From contig CM022670.1 in assembly GCA_012295275.1 (NCBI GenBank), positions 12,586,001 through 12,650,000 of the forward strand: a stretch of 64,000 nt of DNA, written 5' to 3'. Both the position numbers and the translations under genes were made by a program. Source of the DNA: Chrysomallon squamiferum. Taxonomy: Eukaryota; Animalia; Mollusca. Shown in pieces: positions 30,400 through 43,013 of the stretch. The stretch's first letter is position 1. Each line of letters begins with the position of its first letter. Under the pieces are notes generated by a model, which did not search any database, had not been told where the DNA came from, and saw nothing but the letters and a program-made list of their open reading frames with translations.

Positions 30400-30800
30400 C
30401 ATTATGAACGAATGGAGGTTTAACGACATCTCATCGAAATTTATATCGCAATTAAGATATCAGTGATATATTTCAACAACAACAAAAAAATATGTAAATA
30501 AAAAAAAAAAAATAAAAAAAAATAAAAAAAATATCTGCTGCCTTCTATCTGTGGGAAAATGTTTACGCTTTAAAGCAATGGATGATTTACTGTACGGAAC
30601 ATTTTCCCAATAATATCCCACATTTTTAGAGAATGCGTTTATATCACAGAAGATACACCGTCTGTGGGAAGGTGCATATACAAATCTCTTGCTGCTAATA
30701 ATAATTTTAAAAAGTAGCTTATTTTGCGTGGCAACAACCAGTTTGCGTTTTCATTGTACGATCTTCAGTCGTATGAATGATGACAAATAAACACGTTTTG
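30400..30800. mobile_element. Degenerate SINE relics in both orientations (mollusc MetaSINE-like core)
   Basis: GTCTGTGGGAAGGTGCATATACAAATCTCTTGCTGCTAATA...AGTAGC at ~30660-30720 resembles, from memory, the Meta-domain core of mollusc SINEs. Inverted fragments TGGGAAAATGTT / AACATTTTCCCA at ~30553-30609. Family assignment not verified by search. Confidence 0.55.
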
Positions 30801-31045
30801 ATGGCTTAGGAAAATGAACATGTCACACACACGTGCACGAAACTAATTGTACTAATATACTCACTCTAGCGCTAAGTCTAACACATTCAGACTTCTATGT
30901 TAACGTTATAGTCTCATATAAAAGTAACTTGTACCCTAGTTGAAACGTGCATATAACAGATTATAGAAACAAAAATATGCAATATTTATACAATGCGTGT
31001 ATTCAACGACAAATTCTGTTGAAAAAAGAACATCTTTGTCACATC

Positions 31046-31080
<35 letters not shown>

Positions 31081-31330
31081 TTAAACACGGGAAGGGCCAC
31101 AACTCTTGGATGTGTCATGCCACAATTTCCAGTCGATTGCTCTAACCTTTAAAATAATTAAAGTGGCGTAATTCAGTTCTGGAAAAATCGAAAATTTGAA
31201 TGGAGATGAAAATAAAGGGAATTAATTCTTGATATTTTGAACTTTCACACAATTTAGATTATTCCCCTTCGTGTAAAAGTTACTTCAGTTTCTCACTCTC
31301 TCTTAATGTCTCTCACTCTCTCTCTCTCTC

Positions 31331-31368
<38 letters not shown>

Positions 31369-31928
31369 TGTATGTCTTTGTATATGCTTGTAATTGTATA
31401 TACCCCAAAACAAAAATATTCCTCCGTTTCCAAGTTAATGTAAAATGCTAATACTTAACTTTTATGGAAAGATGTATCAGAAAAAATAAAATGGATAAAG
31501 TAGTACTTGTGTATATATTTATTTGTGTGAATGCGTGATCTCTGAATGCATCTGAATGTATGTGTGCTTGATCGAGCATGTATAGACTGCGTTGCAAGCT
31601 TGCATAAACATATACTGTGTTGAAACTGTTTCTGTTCTCATGTTGTATTACAAAAAACGTAGACACCATAAACAATGATATCTTTATGGAATAACAAACA
31701 GCTGGCATTTCAGACATATCAGATGAACTGTACGTATGTAACGTCAACATTCGCCATGTGTTTTTACTGAAGTGTGGCTTTGAAGTGTACGCTAGGACAA
31801 AGTGTATAATAAACTCGCATGAATACACAACACTAGGAAACAACAACTGAAGTACTAAAGAAGTCTTGACGAAATTCCTAAACAAAACTGTGTCTCCGTG
31901 ATTTGTGAATCGATTTATGATATATTTA

Positions 31929-32080
<152 letters not shown>

Positions 32081-32789
32081 TAAAAGATACTTGGGTTAAA
32101 TATTGCAGAAAGAAGAAACGCAATTACTTGATTGTAAGCAACCATTGTTTAGATTATATATCTACATCATCCAAGAACAAATAAAAAAAAACATCTTTTG
32201 AAAGTAAACAAAATCTGTTTAAACTATTTATTCACAACAACACGTTAGGTACATAAAAGTGAGAACAAAACATTTTTCCTGACAATGACTGGATTCCAAC
32301 CAAGTTACCTGTACATCATCGACGCCACTAACGCACTTAAAGCATGAGCTAATAATATATATTTTTTATTTTTTCCTAATAGTTTTTGATCTAACATTAA
32401 AACTTTGCTAAACGGGGATTTGCCGTTAAGATTTCCTCATAATTAAAGTAACAGAACCCTAAACCAACGTAAAAAAAATATAAAAAAAATGAAAAAAAAC
32501 AGAAAAAAAGTTAATATTAAAACAACACATGCTAAACATTCGGTATTGTATTCCACGATCTCCTAGACGACGTCTCACGTGTGGCATGTTTGTAAAGAAA
32601 TTCCACTTAGGTAACGGATCCAAGCCATTGATTGGGAAAAGAACCGTTGACTGATTAACGCCAGCGCACAAGCAAAGACAAGACGAAGAAGCCTTAAAAT
32701 AAACTAATTAAGTTGAAGAAACTGATATTTAAACTCGCTGATGAGTTTTTCAGTTACAGTCGACAGCATCCATCAGCAATCACTATTGT

Positions 32790-32940
32790 GCCGGAGACGC
32801 CATCTGCTGGCGTTTTCTCTTCTCTTGACGTCATTTCCTACCTGGAAGGTGGAGAATAAAAAAGCAACGGATTGAAACGGTTATGTGATACGTGCCGCCC
32901 TATAAAACAACAACGAAGAGAAACTATTCTCACTTCCCTG
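32790..32940 (+). promoter_or_regulatory. Pol II core promoter with CTCF site, ETS-CRE composite, TATA and Inr; predicted TSS 32932
   Basis: CGCCATCTGCTGG at 32798-32810 (reverse complement CCAGCAGATGGCG, CTCF core). TGACGTCATTTCC at 32826-32838. TATAAAA at 32901 and Inr TCACTT with its A at 32932, 31 nt downstream. Candidate donors at 33487 (CAG|GTAACA) and ~33655 (T|GTAAGT). Confidence 0.6.
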
Positions 32941-34054
32941 TATCTGGAATGCTCGATATATGACTTGTTTTCAGTTGTCGCACAGCCAAGGAATTTGTAT
33001 CATGTTAAAGTTTTTATTTTATAACTTCTATGAAAGAAAACATTAAAAGATAGTAATAGTAATCGTAGTATTTACGGTAACAATAACCAGAACAATAGTG
33101 ATAATAGTAATAGTTATAATAACAGTAATATCAATTTCAACAACAGTAGTTGCAGTAATAACAATAGTAGTAGTAGTAGAAACAGAAGTAGTAATCGTTT
33201 TAGTAGACGTTGTAGTAATAGTTGCTGTTATTACTGCTACTGCTATTTAATTATTTTTGAGTAACCGTCTATTTCGGTATTTATAAAAAGAAAATGCCTT
33301 TAAATGTATTTTGTTACGATGCTGCACAAATTCTTTGAATATTCAAGGAGACTTCAGTTTTCTTTTCTTTGTATTCCACTCATCAAGTAAATGTTCACAC
33401 TCAAATAAAAAAAAAATGTGTTTGGTGTTAGATAGCTTGTCAGTGATATGTAGAATCTGGCAATGAAGGTAAACATGAAGGAACAGGTAACAAATATTGA
33501 GGTTTCTTCCAGTTTTGTTTACAGAAGCTAAACGAGAAGAAAGTAAAAAAAATATATATATATTATAGTCATTTGATTCGTTTACGAAAAGTTTAAAATT
33601 CTTCGTTAAACGTTTGTGTAATGGATGTTGTTGTTAATTTGGTTCAGTCTGTCTGTAAGTTCTCTCTTTTTTTTTTTTTTTTTTTTTTTTTTTCCTTTTA
33701 ACCTTTAGCGAAATCATCTAACTTGAAATAACTTCGATTTGAAAATAGACATATGAGACATACTAAATATTTGATTTTCTTTCTCTTTTCTATGCTCATG
33801 TACATCCTTTTTTTTATTTTTCTCATTTCTCTTTCTAGATTTATATATATATCCTTTTTTTAATTTTTCTCAATTTTCTCTTTCTAGATTTATATATATA
33901 CATACACATACACAGTTTTCATTGTCTATAGGACGGATTGACTGATTGGATAACAGATTAATTATTCATTCATTCTTTAGATGCGTTTTGCCTGCATTTA
34001 TACAACCAATATTTAATAGATGAGACAACCAACCTCTCTCTCATACAACCCAGG

Positions 34055-34402
34055 TCCAGATCTCACAGTGCAAATCTCTCAGTGTGAATCTCACAATGCA
34101 AATCTCACAATGTAAATCTCACAATGCAGATCTCTCAATGCAACTCTCACAATGCAGATCTCACAATGTAAATCTTACAATGCAAACTCTCACAATTCAA
34201 ATGTCACAATACAGATCTCACATTGCAAATCTCACAATGCAAATCTCATAGTGCAAATCTCACAGTGCAGATATCACAATGCAAAATCTCATAATGCAAA
34301 TCTCACAGTGCAGATCTCACAATGCAAATCTCACAATGCAGATCTCAGAGTTCAAATCTCACAACTGAGATCTCATAATGTAAATCTCACACGTGAGATC
34401 TG
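34055..34402. repeat. 14-bp minisatellite AATGCAAATCTCAC, about 24 copies
   Basis: Direct reading; explains the ISQCKSHNANL ORF. Confidence 0.95.
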
Positions 34403-34459
34403 ACATGTTTGACAAGGTATCGCTGGCTGATTTGACCACCTGCAGAATCACTTCATACA

Positions 34460-34698
34460 CCTGTATATATGTAACACGTGGCAGCGACTGACGTCGTGTT
34501 TACACACACCTCTCACCGCGCTGACGTTCACGTCAACCGAAGGTGAACAGTTTGACAGAACAGGAAATTGGAGTCTGTGCTGAGCAGCGCTGAGTCTAAT
34601 GAAAGAACAACTTTCCACAAAGCCCGAGGCCGGTTTGGGACAAACACCCAGGAAACCGAGGTTGTTGGGTTAAACACGAAGGAAGAAAGCAAGCCACG
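34460..34698 (+). promoter_or_regulatory. Candidate promoter and exon ending at a strong donor
   Basis: E-box CACGTG at ~34475 and CRE-like TGACGTCG and TGACGTTC. GC-rich purine segment, donor ACG|GTAAGG at 34698/34699. One frame is open from 34556 (QNRKLESVLSSAESNERTTFHKARGRFGTNTQETEVVGLNTKEESKP, ending in phase 2) but has no in-frame ATG. Confidence 0.5.
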
Positions 34699-35629
34699 GT
34701 AAGGCTGAGGAGATGAGAAGCTCAAAGAAGCTGCTTAATGAAGCTGTTTATACGAAACCCTTCTGAAAAGCTCGAATGAAAATCGAGAGATCGCATCATC
34801 TCCCTGCGCGTAAAAATACAGCTATAAACGATATACCTTATTCTTCGTTCGGTGACTTATTTGTACTTTGACGTTTTATTACGTTTATTAATAAAACGGT
34901 TTATTACGTTTATCAATAAAACGTTTTATTACGTTTATTAGTATTTAACGTTAAGACCATTTCATCTCGGCGAAGCTATTGGATTATTTCATGTACAAAC
35001 TAGTATACTGGCTATCAAAGGTACTGAGGTACGTTTCTGTCCGTTGCGGATACATATACACCATCCCTTGTTGCTAGTAAGAACTAAAGGAAGACAAACA
35101 AAATGAATATAGAATATAAATATTAGAAAAAACAATAAGAACAAAAAACAACAACAACAAAAAACAGCTGTTGTCCATACAAATCAGTAAAAGTAGCGTA
35201 CATCTTGATCTCAGCTATAAATAAAAGAAACCATAAAAAAGAAACAATCAATATCCACTGAGAGAAACACAAACAGAAATATCCAGAATGGCCATAAAGC
35301 AAACATTCACAGAGAAAAAAATAAATCTTAACTAAACACGGCTGACCCACGACCATTAACACGTTATTCAGCAACTGTTGATAATTTGGTCAAAAGTGAA
35401 TAACAGCGGGATTTTCTTCTCAGTTCAGGCTTTATAGAAACATAGCAATAAAACTATTATTGGCATAGAACCAGAGAATATCGAGTACAGCACCATTTTA
35501 TGAATTGAGTAGTCGTACCATACATTTTTTTCTGTCTAGCTGAAATTATATAAATAATAATAATACGAATTCTGATTCTAATGAGAAGCTATAAAATGTT
35601 TACTCTGAAGATCTTTAGTCAGAGCCCTC

Positions 35630-36090
35630 AAAATATTTAGCATCCAACAGTCGATGATAAATAATAAAAATAATAATAATAAAAAGTAATGTTCTTGTGT
35701 TTTCATTTAACAAATATTTCACATCCAACTGATAATGATACAAAATAACTAAAACTATTTTACTTGGTTTTTTTTAGAAATGTTTGGCATCCAACAGATA
35801 TTGATACAAAATAAAAAATAAAATGTTTGACATACCACAGATAATGATACAAAATAAATAAAAATGTTTTAGTTGTCTTTTCAAAATGTCTAACATCCAA
35901 TAGATGATAATATAAAAATTAATACAAATGCTCTTGTTGAACTAATATTTAACGTTCAATACCCTATGACAGAAAAAAAAGCAATGTGCTCTAGTGATGT
36001 CATTTAAGAAATGTTTGACATCGAGTAGTCGGTGATAGAAAAATAATGGTTGTGCTTTAGTGGTCATAAAATAAATGTTAACGTTGTGCT
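35630..36090 (+). repeat. Tandem array of 7-8 degenerate ~60-bp units (AAATGTTTGACATCCAAYAG..GATGAT...), resembling amplified SINE 3' tails
   Basis: Units start near 35632, 35712, 35778, 35821, 35884, 35944, 36009 and 36073. Similarity to a gastropod SINE tail (…GTGCTCTAGTG…GTC) is from recollection. Confidence 0.7.
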
Positions 36091-37000
36091 CAATTAGAGG
36101 CGATCCTGATAAATAGACAAAAATAACTGAAATAATGTGTTAATGTTTTATTTACTATCATATTAAAAAAAAAAAAAAAAATCAGATGGTATAATTCTGT
36201 TGGAGTCAATTATAAAGGTACCAAATTATGATGGTGATGATGAAGACGCTGATGATGATAACGGAATAACGATAACTATCATACATGATGATGTCGACGA
36301 CATCAGACGAGAGAAAAGAAAACGGTGACAACGACACTGATAAGATAAATGTCAGAGAAGAATCCTTTCGTTTCGAAACAGCATTAGCATCGCAATGAAT
36401 TGCTAGTTTCACAAGCACTTTAGAACTGAATTTGCATTCCTGTAATGTTATCAAGTTAGAATTGGCTTTTATCGGGTCGATTACAATACATTGCATGGAG
36501 TCGAGATGTTAATGAATAGACAACTCGGTAACGAGTGAAACCTGGACCGAAGTAACACGCGACACAGCGGAAAAATAAATCTTGAAATCTCGTAATTGCT
36601 ATGGTTACTGACTGCACTTAAAACGTTTCACGTAATTTTAGAATTCTGTGCACACAGCATGTTGCTAGTTTGCATATTTTTATTATTAATATGTGTTAAC
36701 TGCCTGCATTTGCTGTTAAAATCAACACTGTCACTGACGTCATCATCATCATCATCGCCATTGTCAGTACTTTTTTCAGACACATAAATATCTGTATTAT
36801 ATCTGTTTGCTTGTGTTTCAATACATGATTCTCCATCTGTCTATTTATCTATCTGTCGATCTATCTATCTAACTGTGTCTCTATTTATTTATCTTTGTCT
36901 TTCTGTTTATTTATCTGTGTATCTACCTATCTATCAGTCTGTCTATCTAGCTATCTGTCTATGTCACCTATATCTGTCTATATCTATTTATCTATATAGC

Positions 37001-37211
37001 TACAGTTCTGTATTTATTTTTTCTCTGTCTTTCAGTTTCAATGTTTATCCATCTCTGACTCTGCCAGTCTTTATTAGTATCACTTTTTTTTTTTATCTGC
37101 CTCTCTTTCTCTCTGTGTGACCATGCAAGCGTGCTAGAATCTTGAGTACATGAAAATATGTAGAAAACGATAGTGTTCTATCATTAAGATTAGGGAGCTA
37201 TTTAAAAATAT
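37001..37211 (+). pseudogene. Dead duplicate (pseudo-exon) of the 38234-38318 exon
   Basis: Direct repeat of ~38107-38341. Donor mutated GT to AT (AAG|ATTAGG at 37189), acceptor altered (TGCAG to TGCAAG), and an internal deletion. Confidence 0.7.
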
Positions 37212-37828
37212 CATATATATATTATTTATCTTATTATCTATCTACCTCTCATTGTCTCTGTCTGTCTCTCTGTTTCAGCATGTATGTCTGTATATTTATA
37301 TTATTATTATTATAAATCATCGACATAATTACTGTTATTACTATATAATTCTAAGACGAGTAAAAAAATAACATATATTTTCGAATAACAATGTATATCA
37401 CGCAAAAATCTTAAAAGCGAAAGAAAAAGCTAGATTGATTTACACAGCAAAAAAAAAAAAAAAAATAATAATAAAATAAAATAAAATATCACTGTCTATA
37501 TTTATAAAGGAAAATCGAAATTCCTTCTTTTTTTCTGGCTTTACGTAAATGCTGCGCCGGAAATGACGTTTCGATATTCTGTTAGTGCTAATTATTATTA
37601 ACAAAAGCTTTTATCCAGATTAATAGTTCAAGCACACCTAGTATGTTATATTCTAGCAGTATGTGTGTGTTTTCAATGGAATCTTCAAGGCTTTGTTTTA
37701 GATAATTCCAGAAGTGAATATATGACTGAAAAATTTGATGTATATAATATATATAGAGCTTCTGATGTCAGATTGTAAATAATAACTTTATCTCTGTCTA
37801 TTTATCTGTATATCTATCTATCTATCTT

Positions 37829-37889
<61 letters not shown>

Positions 37890-38026
37890 TATGTATTTAA
37901 TCTTTCTCTCACTTCCCTTCTTTTTTCTCTCTCGTTTTATCAATATGTACCTATCTCACTGTCTGCCTGCCTGTCTGTCTATCTCTCTACCTGCTTACCT
38001 ACCTACCTACCTACCTACCTACCTAC

Positions 38027-38097
<71 letters not shown>

Positions 38098-38233
38098 CTG
38101 CATACCTACATTTCAGTATTTATTTTTTATCTCCCTTTCTAATTCACTGTTTATCCATTTCTGATTCTGCCAGTCTTTATTATTATCACTTTTTTTTTTA
38201 TCTCCCACTCTTTCTCTCTGTGTGGCCATGCAG

Positions 38234-38318
38234 ACGTGCTAGAATCCTGAGTACAGGAAAATATGCAGAAAACGATAGACTGACTGATGGCCAAAGCGAG
38301 TGTTCTTCTATCACTAAG
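38234..38318 (+). other. Predicted 85-nt exon (phase 2-0: RARILSTGKYAENDRLTDGQSECSSITK; alternatively a start, MAKASVLLSL)
   Basis: Long pyrimidine tract and tgcag| acceptor at 38233, donor AAG|GTTAGG at 38319. Phase-compatible with the 34698 donor (CG|A = Arg). Confidence 0.55.
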
Positions 38319-39818
38319 GTTAGGGAGCTCTTTAAAAATATTGTGTTTTTTCAATGTAGTGCTCGTTCTACACTCTATCCGCCTCCGCTAATGAAAATTT
38401 GTAATCTCTGTGTTCATTGCTTGTGAAAAATTAACTTTGCCAGACTGTGCCACGAAAAATCATGTGTTTTTCGCACTCACTGCTAAATGGGGAAAAAAAA
38501 TCTTCACTGTTATTACAATTAATGTTGTTTCTTTGATTCAGAGGAAGATATAACTAATGCGCGCAGAAATATGAGATTGTTTACACAAGCTACGAAAGTA
38601 CAGTTATAAATATAATTATATATGACAGGTTGGGGATAGTAAACTTTTATTTGTGCTTTTGCACCGTTTGATAGTTACTGATTTTTTTTAAAACTAGAAT
38701 CATATTTTAACCCAAAACAAGAGGTGTATTCTGTTGAAAATTCTATTATAACAGATATAGACATATTATTTGCCATTGATGATTATAATAATTGTAACCA
38801 CGATCAGTTTGTTTTCAAACCATTAATACGTTAACGGTTTCACAGAACATTGTAATTGTTTTACAGTTTCACAGTGAATAATTATGATATCTAATAAACC
38901 CGAATAAAGTTTCGGAATCGTAATATACAATAGCATATACCAGTTTGGATCGAGAAGTATAGTGTTTCTCAACAGTCAAGTTACTTTAATGTTTTGTTTA
39001 ATCGCAACCAAAGCAGATATGATACTGTTTTCTAAATATGAGGATTTTGATAACTGTGAATTAATTTTATCAGAGGAAACTTGCAAAACATTTCCCTACT
39101 TTCAACAAAGGATCCCACAGGGACAAAAACAATACACGCTAATTTTTATGAAAAAAAATGTTTCGAAAAAACACATACTGGAAACGGAAAATAACCGTGC
39201 AGGTTAATTATGAGGATCGATCTTAACTGGAGCGCGTGTGAGGCGCGTGTTTTACGTCAGGGCAACAACATCTTGTCTCTCTGTACATTATTTATGTTTC
39301 TGACACGCATCTGCGTTTCACGCAGTTCATTAAAACATTCAAGTATTACATTACATTCAGCAAGTTTGTCAGAACGGCGCATTATTAGTCAAATTTATCT
39401 CTTTCACTACAGCACTGATGAGCATTTCTCTGCCAGAAACTCGTTAAAGCATGTGCGTGCATGTATTAACTTCTAGCATAATGAATGCGAATTGACCAGC
39501 GATGGTTTATCAGTCTGACAGAAAATCTGCTAACGACATACAAAAAACCACCCAAAAAAAAAACCTCGTAAATAATTGTAATTATGTTCAGTGATTTATT
39601 CCTCATTTTCTGCTATTTTTATTTTTATTTTTTTATTTTTCAGGAAATATAATATTAACTGGTTAATATTGTGTTAGAAACATAATTTCTCTCTTTTTCT
39701 CTCTTCCGCTCTCATATAGCAATAGGTTTTATGAAGTATATTATAAAATATGACAATTACTAATAATAAGTCAACCGCTTAGACAATTAACAATTTTATA
39801 TTACAATGCATATTTTTG

Positions 39819-39872
<54 letters not shown>

Positions 39873-40344
39873 CAGATATAGATATAGAAACACACACATA
39901 CACACATATATGGTTATCGTAAAAAAAAAATTATTCAAAAAGGTTTTCCTGGACTAAGACCTTCAATTATGATTTCACAAAAAAAAAAAAAATACCACTG
40001 ACGTAAAACAGAAAACGATACCGCAAGAGTAATGTAGGTGTGTTTCTTTATATGTAAAGTATTTTTTTATTTTAATTACGTTTTTTTTGCGAAATAGATA
40101 TATTTCTTGTTTATTGTTCTAACACTAGACTGTAATTATTAATATCAACACTTTTAAACTAACCTAACGTAAACGATACGTTCTAATTGAAAGTAAAAGA
40201 TTCAAGGAAAAAAAACAACAACATTTTATTATCCTTTCAATTATCTCTCTTTCTTTATTCCTTTTCCTTTTCTCAGCTGTCAAATTAAGCTAAGTTTAAT
40301 GAACATGTAGTTAGAAGTCAAAATAAACAACGATATCTCTTCTC

Positions 40345-40381
<37 letters not shown>

Positions 40382-41194
40382 AAAAAAAAAAAAAAAGTGA
40401 TTCATAGAATAGAGCAAGAAGTCATAATCTCTTTAGTTCGGGAGGGACAAACTCACAGACAGTCACACAGAAAACAGACAATTGCAGTGATATTTCAAAA
40501 AGATAGGGACAGAGGTTAAGACAAATAAATAAATTTTAAAGAAAAAAAAAAAAAAAAAGGATGAAAGTGAAACGTAAACAGAACTTGCTAAATAGAACAC
40601 ACTAGAAAGTAAGAAGACAAAAAAAAAAAAAAAAATGAAATGCATTAAGTCAGAGAATAATTACTGAAGTAAAAATCCACACCTGCACAACGCAAACAAA
40701 ACTTTGGAGATCGAGTCTGGTTGCGTCGTTTATTGTGAACGGCTTCTGTTTGAAAAGAAAGCTAACCAGTGTATTCTCTGGGAGATGCCTCCCAATGCCA
40801 CGGCCGTAAAAACAATTTGCGTTTCTATTCTAGGCACACATGCAGTTTTACAGAGATAGTCGGTGCCTCTGCGCCGGTAACTGCCAGTGATTGTGTGTCG
40901 AAGAAGATTCCATGATTTATGGAAGAAAGGTGAAAAGTTTAAGATATATGGATATACCTCGATGAAAGGTATAATGATGCATTTTGCAAGACGTACCAAA
41001 ATTGTTAAACATTTTCGCGATAGGGTTGTTCATTCAACGTATGCAACAAGTCGTTAAAATAGTTCTTCGTTGTTTGTTTTTTTTTTTTTTTTAGTGTCAA
41101 AATGTTGTTCTCCTCTTTGAACATTTAAAAAAAAACATTTCAGACATTTAGGGTCTGTTAAAACTGAATATGGAAATTTAGCTCGTCGACAGCC

Positions 41195-41300
41195 AAGCTA
41201 GGACTAGAGTTCGTTGATTAGTGGTTAGAGCACTCGTAGGAAATGTTTGTCAGCTGCTGGATTAATCTTTCTCCCGGCGTAATTTGCGGGTTTTTCAGTT
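41195..41300 (+). mobile_element. Degenerate tRNA-derived SINE head
   Basis: A-box-like AGTGGTTAGAGCACTCG at ~41220, followed by a decayed B-box region; no intact cloverleaf. Confidence 0.35.
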
Positions 41301-41411
41301 CATCTTGCCCCCGACATATGAAATAGTATTTATTGTGTGTTCTGTTCTCCTGTTGTGTGACTGTATACACAGAACATACATTACTGCAGATCATTGTTAT
41401 ATAAATTAAAA

Positions 41412-41478
<67 letters not shown>

Positions 41479-42258
41479 AATAAATAAATACATAAAAAAT
41501 AATTTTAATAAGAGTTGATACCTAAATAACCTTTAATATTAAAATGGTTTTAATTAATTTTGTTATTTATTCACTAAATTCATTCATAAATTCATCCATC
41601 CATTCGTTTCATTATTTAAATCGTTATCACTGTTCATTTTTCATATTTATTACATCTAGACTCCTTCATAAAAGTACTTTTTTCATTCAGAGCGTTTGAC
41701 AACGCTTTCAGTTATCACACAGAAACTGGAGAACAAAACAGAAAAAAAAAAAAAAAAAAAAAAAAACATCGCAGAAAAAAGAAATTGAAAAATAAAAATA
41801 GTGTTATTTTGGATCAGTTTGAATGTAGCTGACAAAACAGAGACTGGACTAAATCACTCTCATATTCACTACTTTACGAAGAAATTGATTTTTCGCTGAA
41901 TTGTAATAAGTATCTGAAATTAAATTCGTAATTCTCGCTTCTTTTTTTTTTTTTCTGAGTTATTTTTAAACAGACGATGAAACCAAAAGGTTGCATTATT
42001 TAACACGTTAAGACGATGAATGAGATTTAATATATATCACGATACAGTAAAAAGAATAATTTATTAAGTGCTTTTTTCTTTAATTATTTATAAGCTGCAT
42101 ATCAGTGGAAACAATTCTATTTATTTATTTATTTATTTATTTATTTTAATTTCTATAACAATGATCTGCAGTAATGTATGTTCTGCGTATACAGTCACAT
42201 AACAGGAGAACAACACACACAATAAATACTCTTTCAGACTTCGTGGGCAAGTCGAACG
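41297..42258. repeat. Long inverted repeat: ~135-bp arms at ~41297-41435 and ~42119-42258, spacer ~680 bp
   Basis: Left arm ...TGTTCTCCTGTTGTGTGACTGTATACACAGAACATACATTACTGCAGATCATTGTTATA... is the reverse complement of right arm ...TATAACAATGATCTGCAGTAATGTATGTTCTGCGTATACAGTCACATAACAGGAGAACA..., with few mismatches. Confidence 0.92.
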
Positions 42259-42931
42259 GTTAATAACACAAAAAATGTTTTTTTTTTTTTTTGGTATAAC
42301 GTTAACATGCAGTTGTCTATTATATTTACCATACGTTACGTTGTCATGGTGGTGTGAAAAGACTGCCCCGTAAACACTGCATGTGCGTGACTTGTCTTTC
42401 CGTCACGAAGAAGCCGAGTACACGGGTACAGCAGACATAATGGAAAGACGCACGTAGAGACACCACAAATAAGTAACTGTAGTTACTAAGACATCGCAAA
42501 GTGCGCCCAGTCCTTCATTGATTAACAGACATTGAATATTATTGACATAATTAAAAGGATATGTTAAAAAACAAAATTGCCTTTTCACCCTCGTCTAAGA
42601 CATGCAGTAATAGTAAAGCTAATTTAAGAAGAAAAATTTAAGCTCAGTAAAAAAAAAAAAAAAGTGATTTAACCTTCAGTAGCAACAGCACCTGTTCAGA
42701 TAGACGACTCACTAGTTCGTGTTCTTATTCATTATGTCTTGATTGCTTTCTTATCCCTCTTATTTTTTATCTTTGATTTCGTATTCTTTTCTTCTATCCT
42801 TGTATATTCTTTAATTACTGCTCTCCTACTCTGTCTGTGTATGTGTTTCTATGGCTTTTTGTCTTCTTCCTGCTTTTTCTCTAGTTTTGCTTTATTCCTC
42901 CATCAGTTATATATCTCTTTCTTTGTATTAT

Positions 42932-43013
<82 letters not shown>

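Noticed and set aside
34152-34403. Cys/His-periodic repeat protein (ISQCKSHNANL)
   Set aside because: Artefact of a 14-bp DNA repeat whose unit is not a multiple of 3.
41195-41300. tRNA gene
   Set aside because: Only an A-box-like segment; no intact B-box or cloverleaf, so more likely a SINE head.
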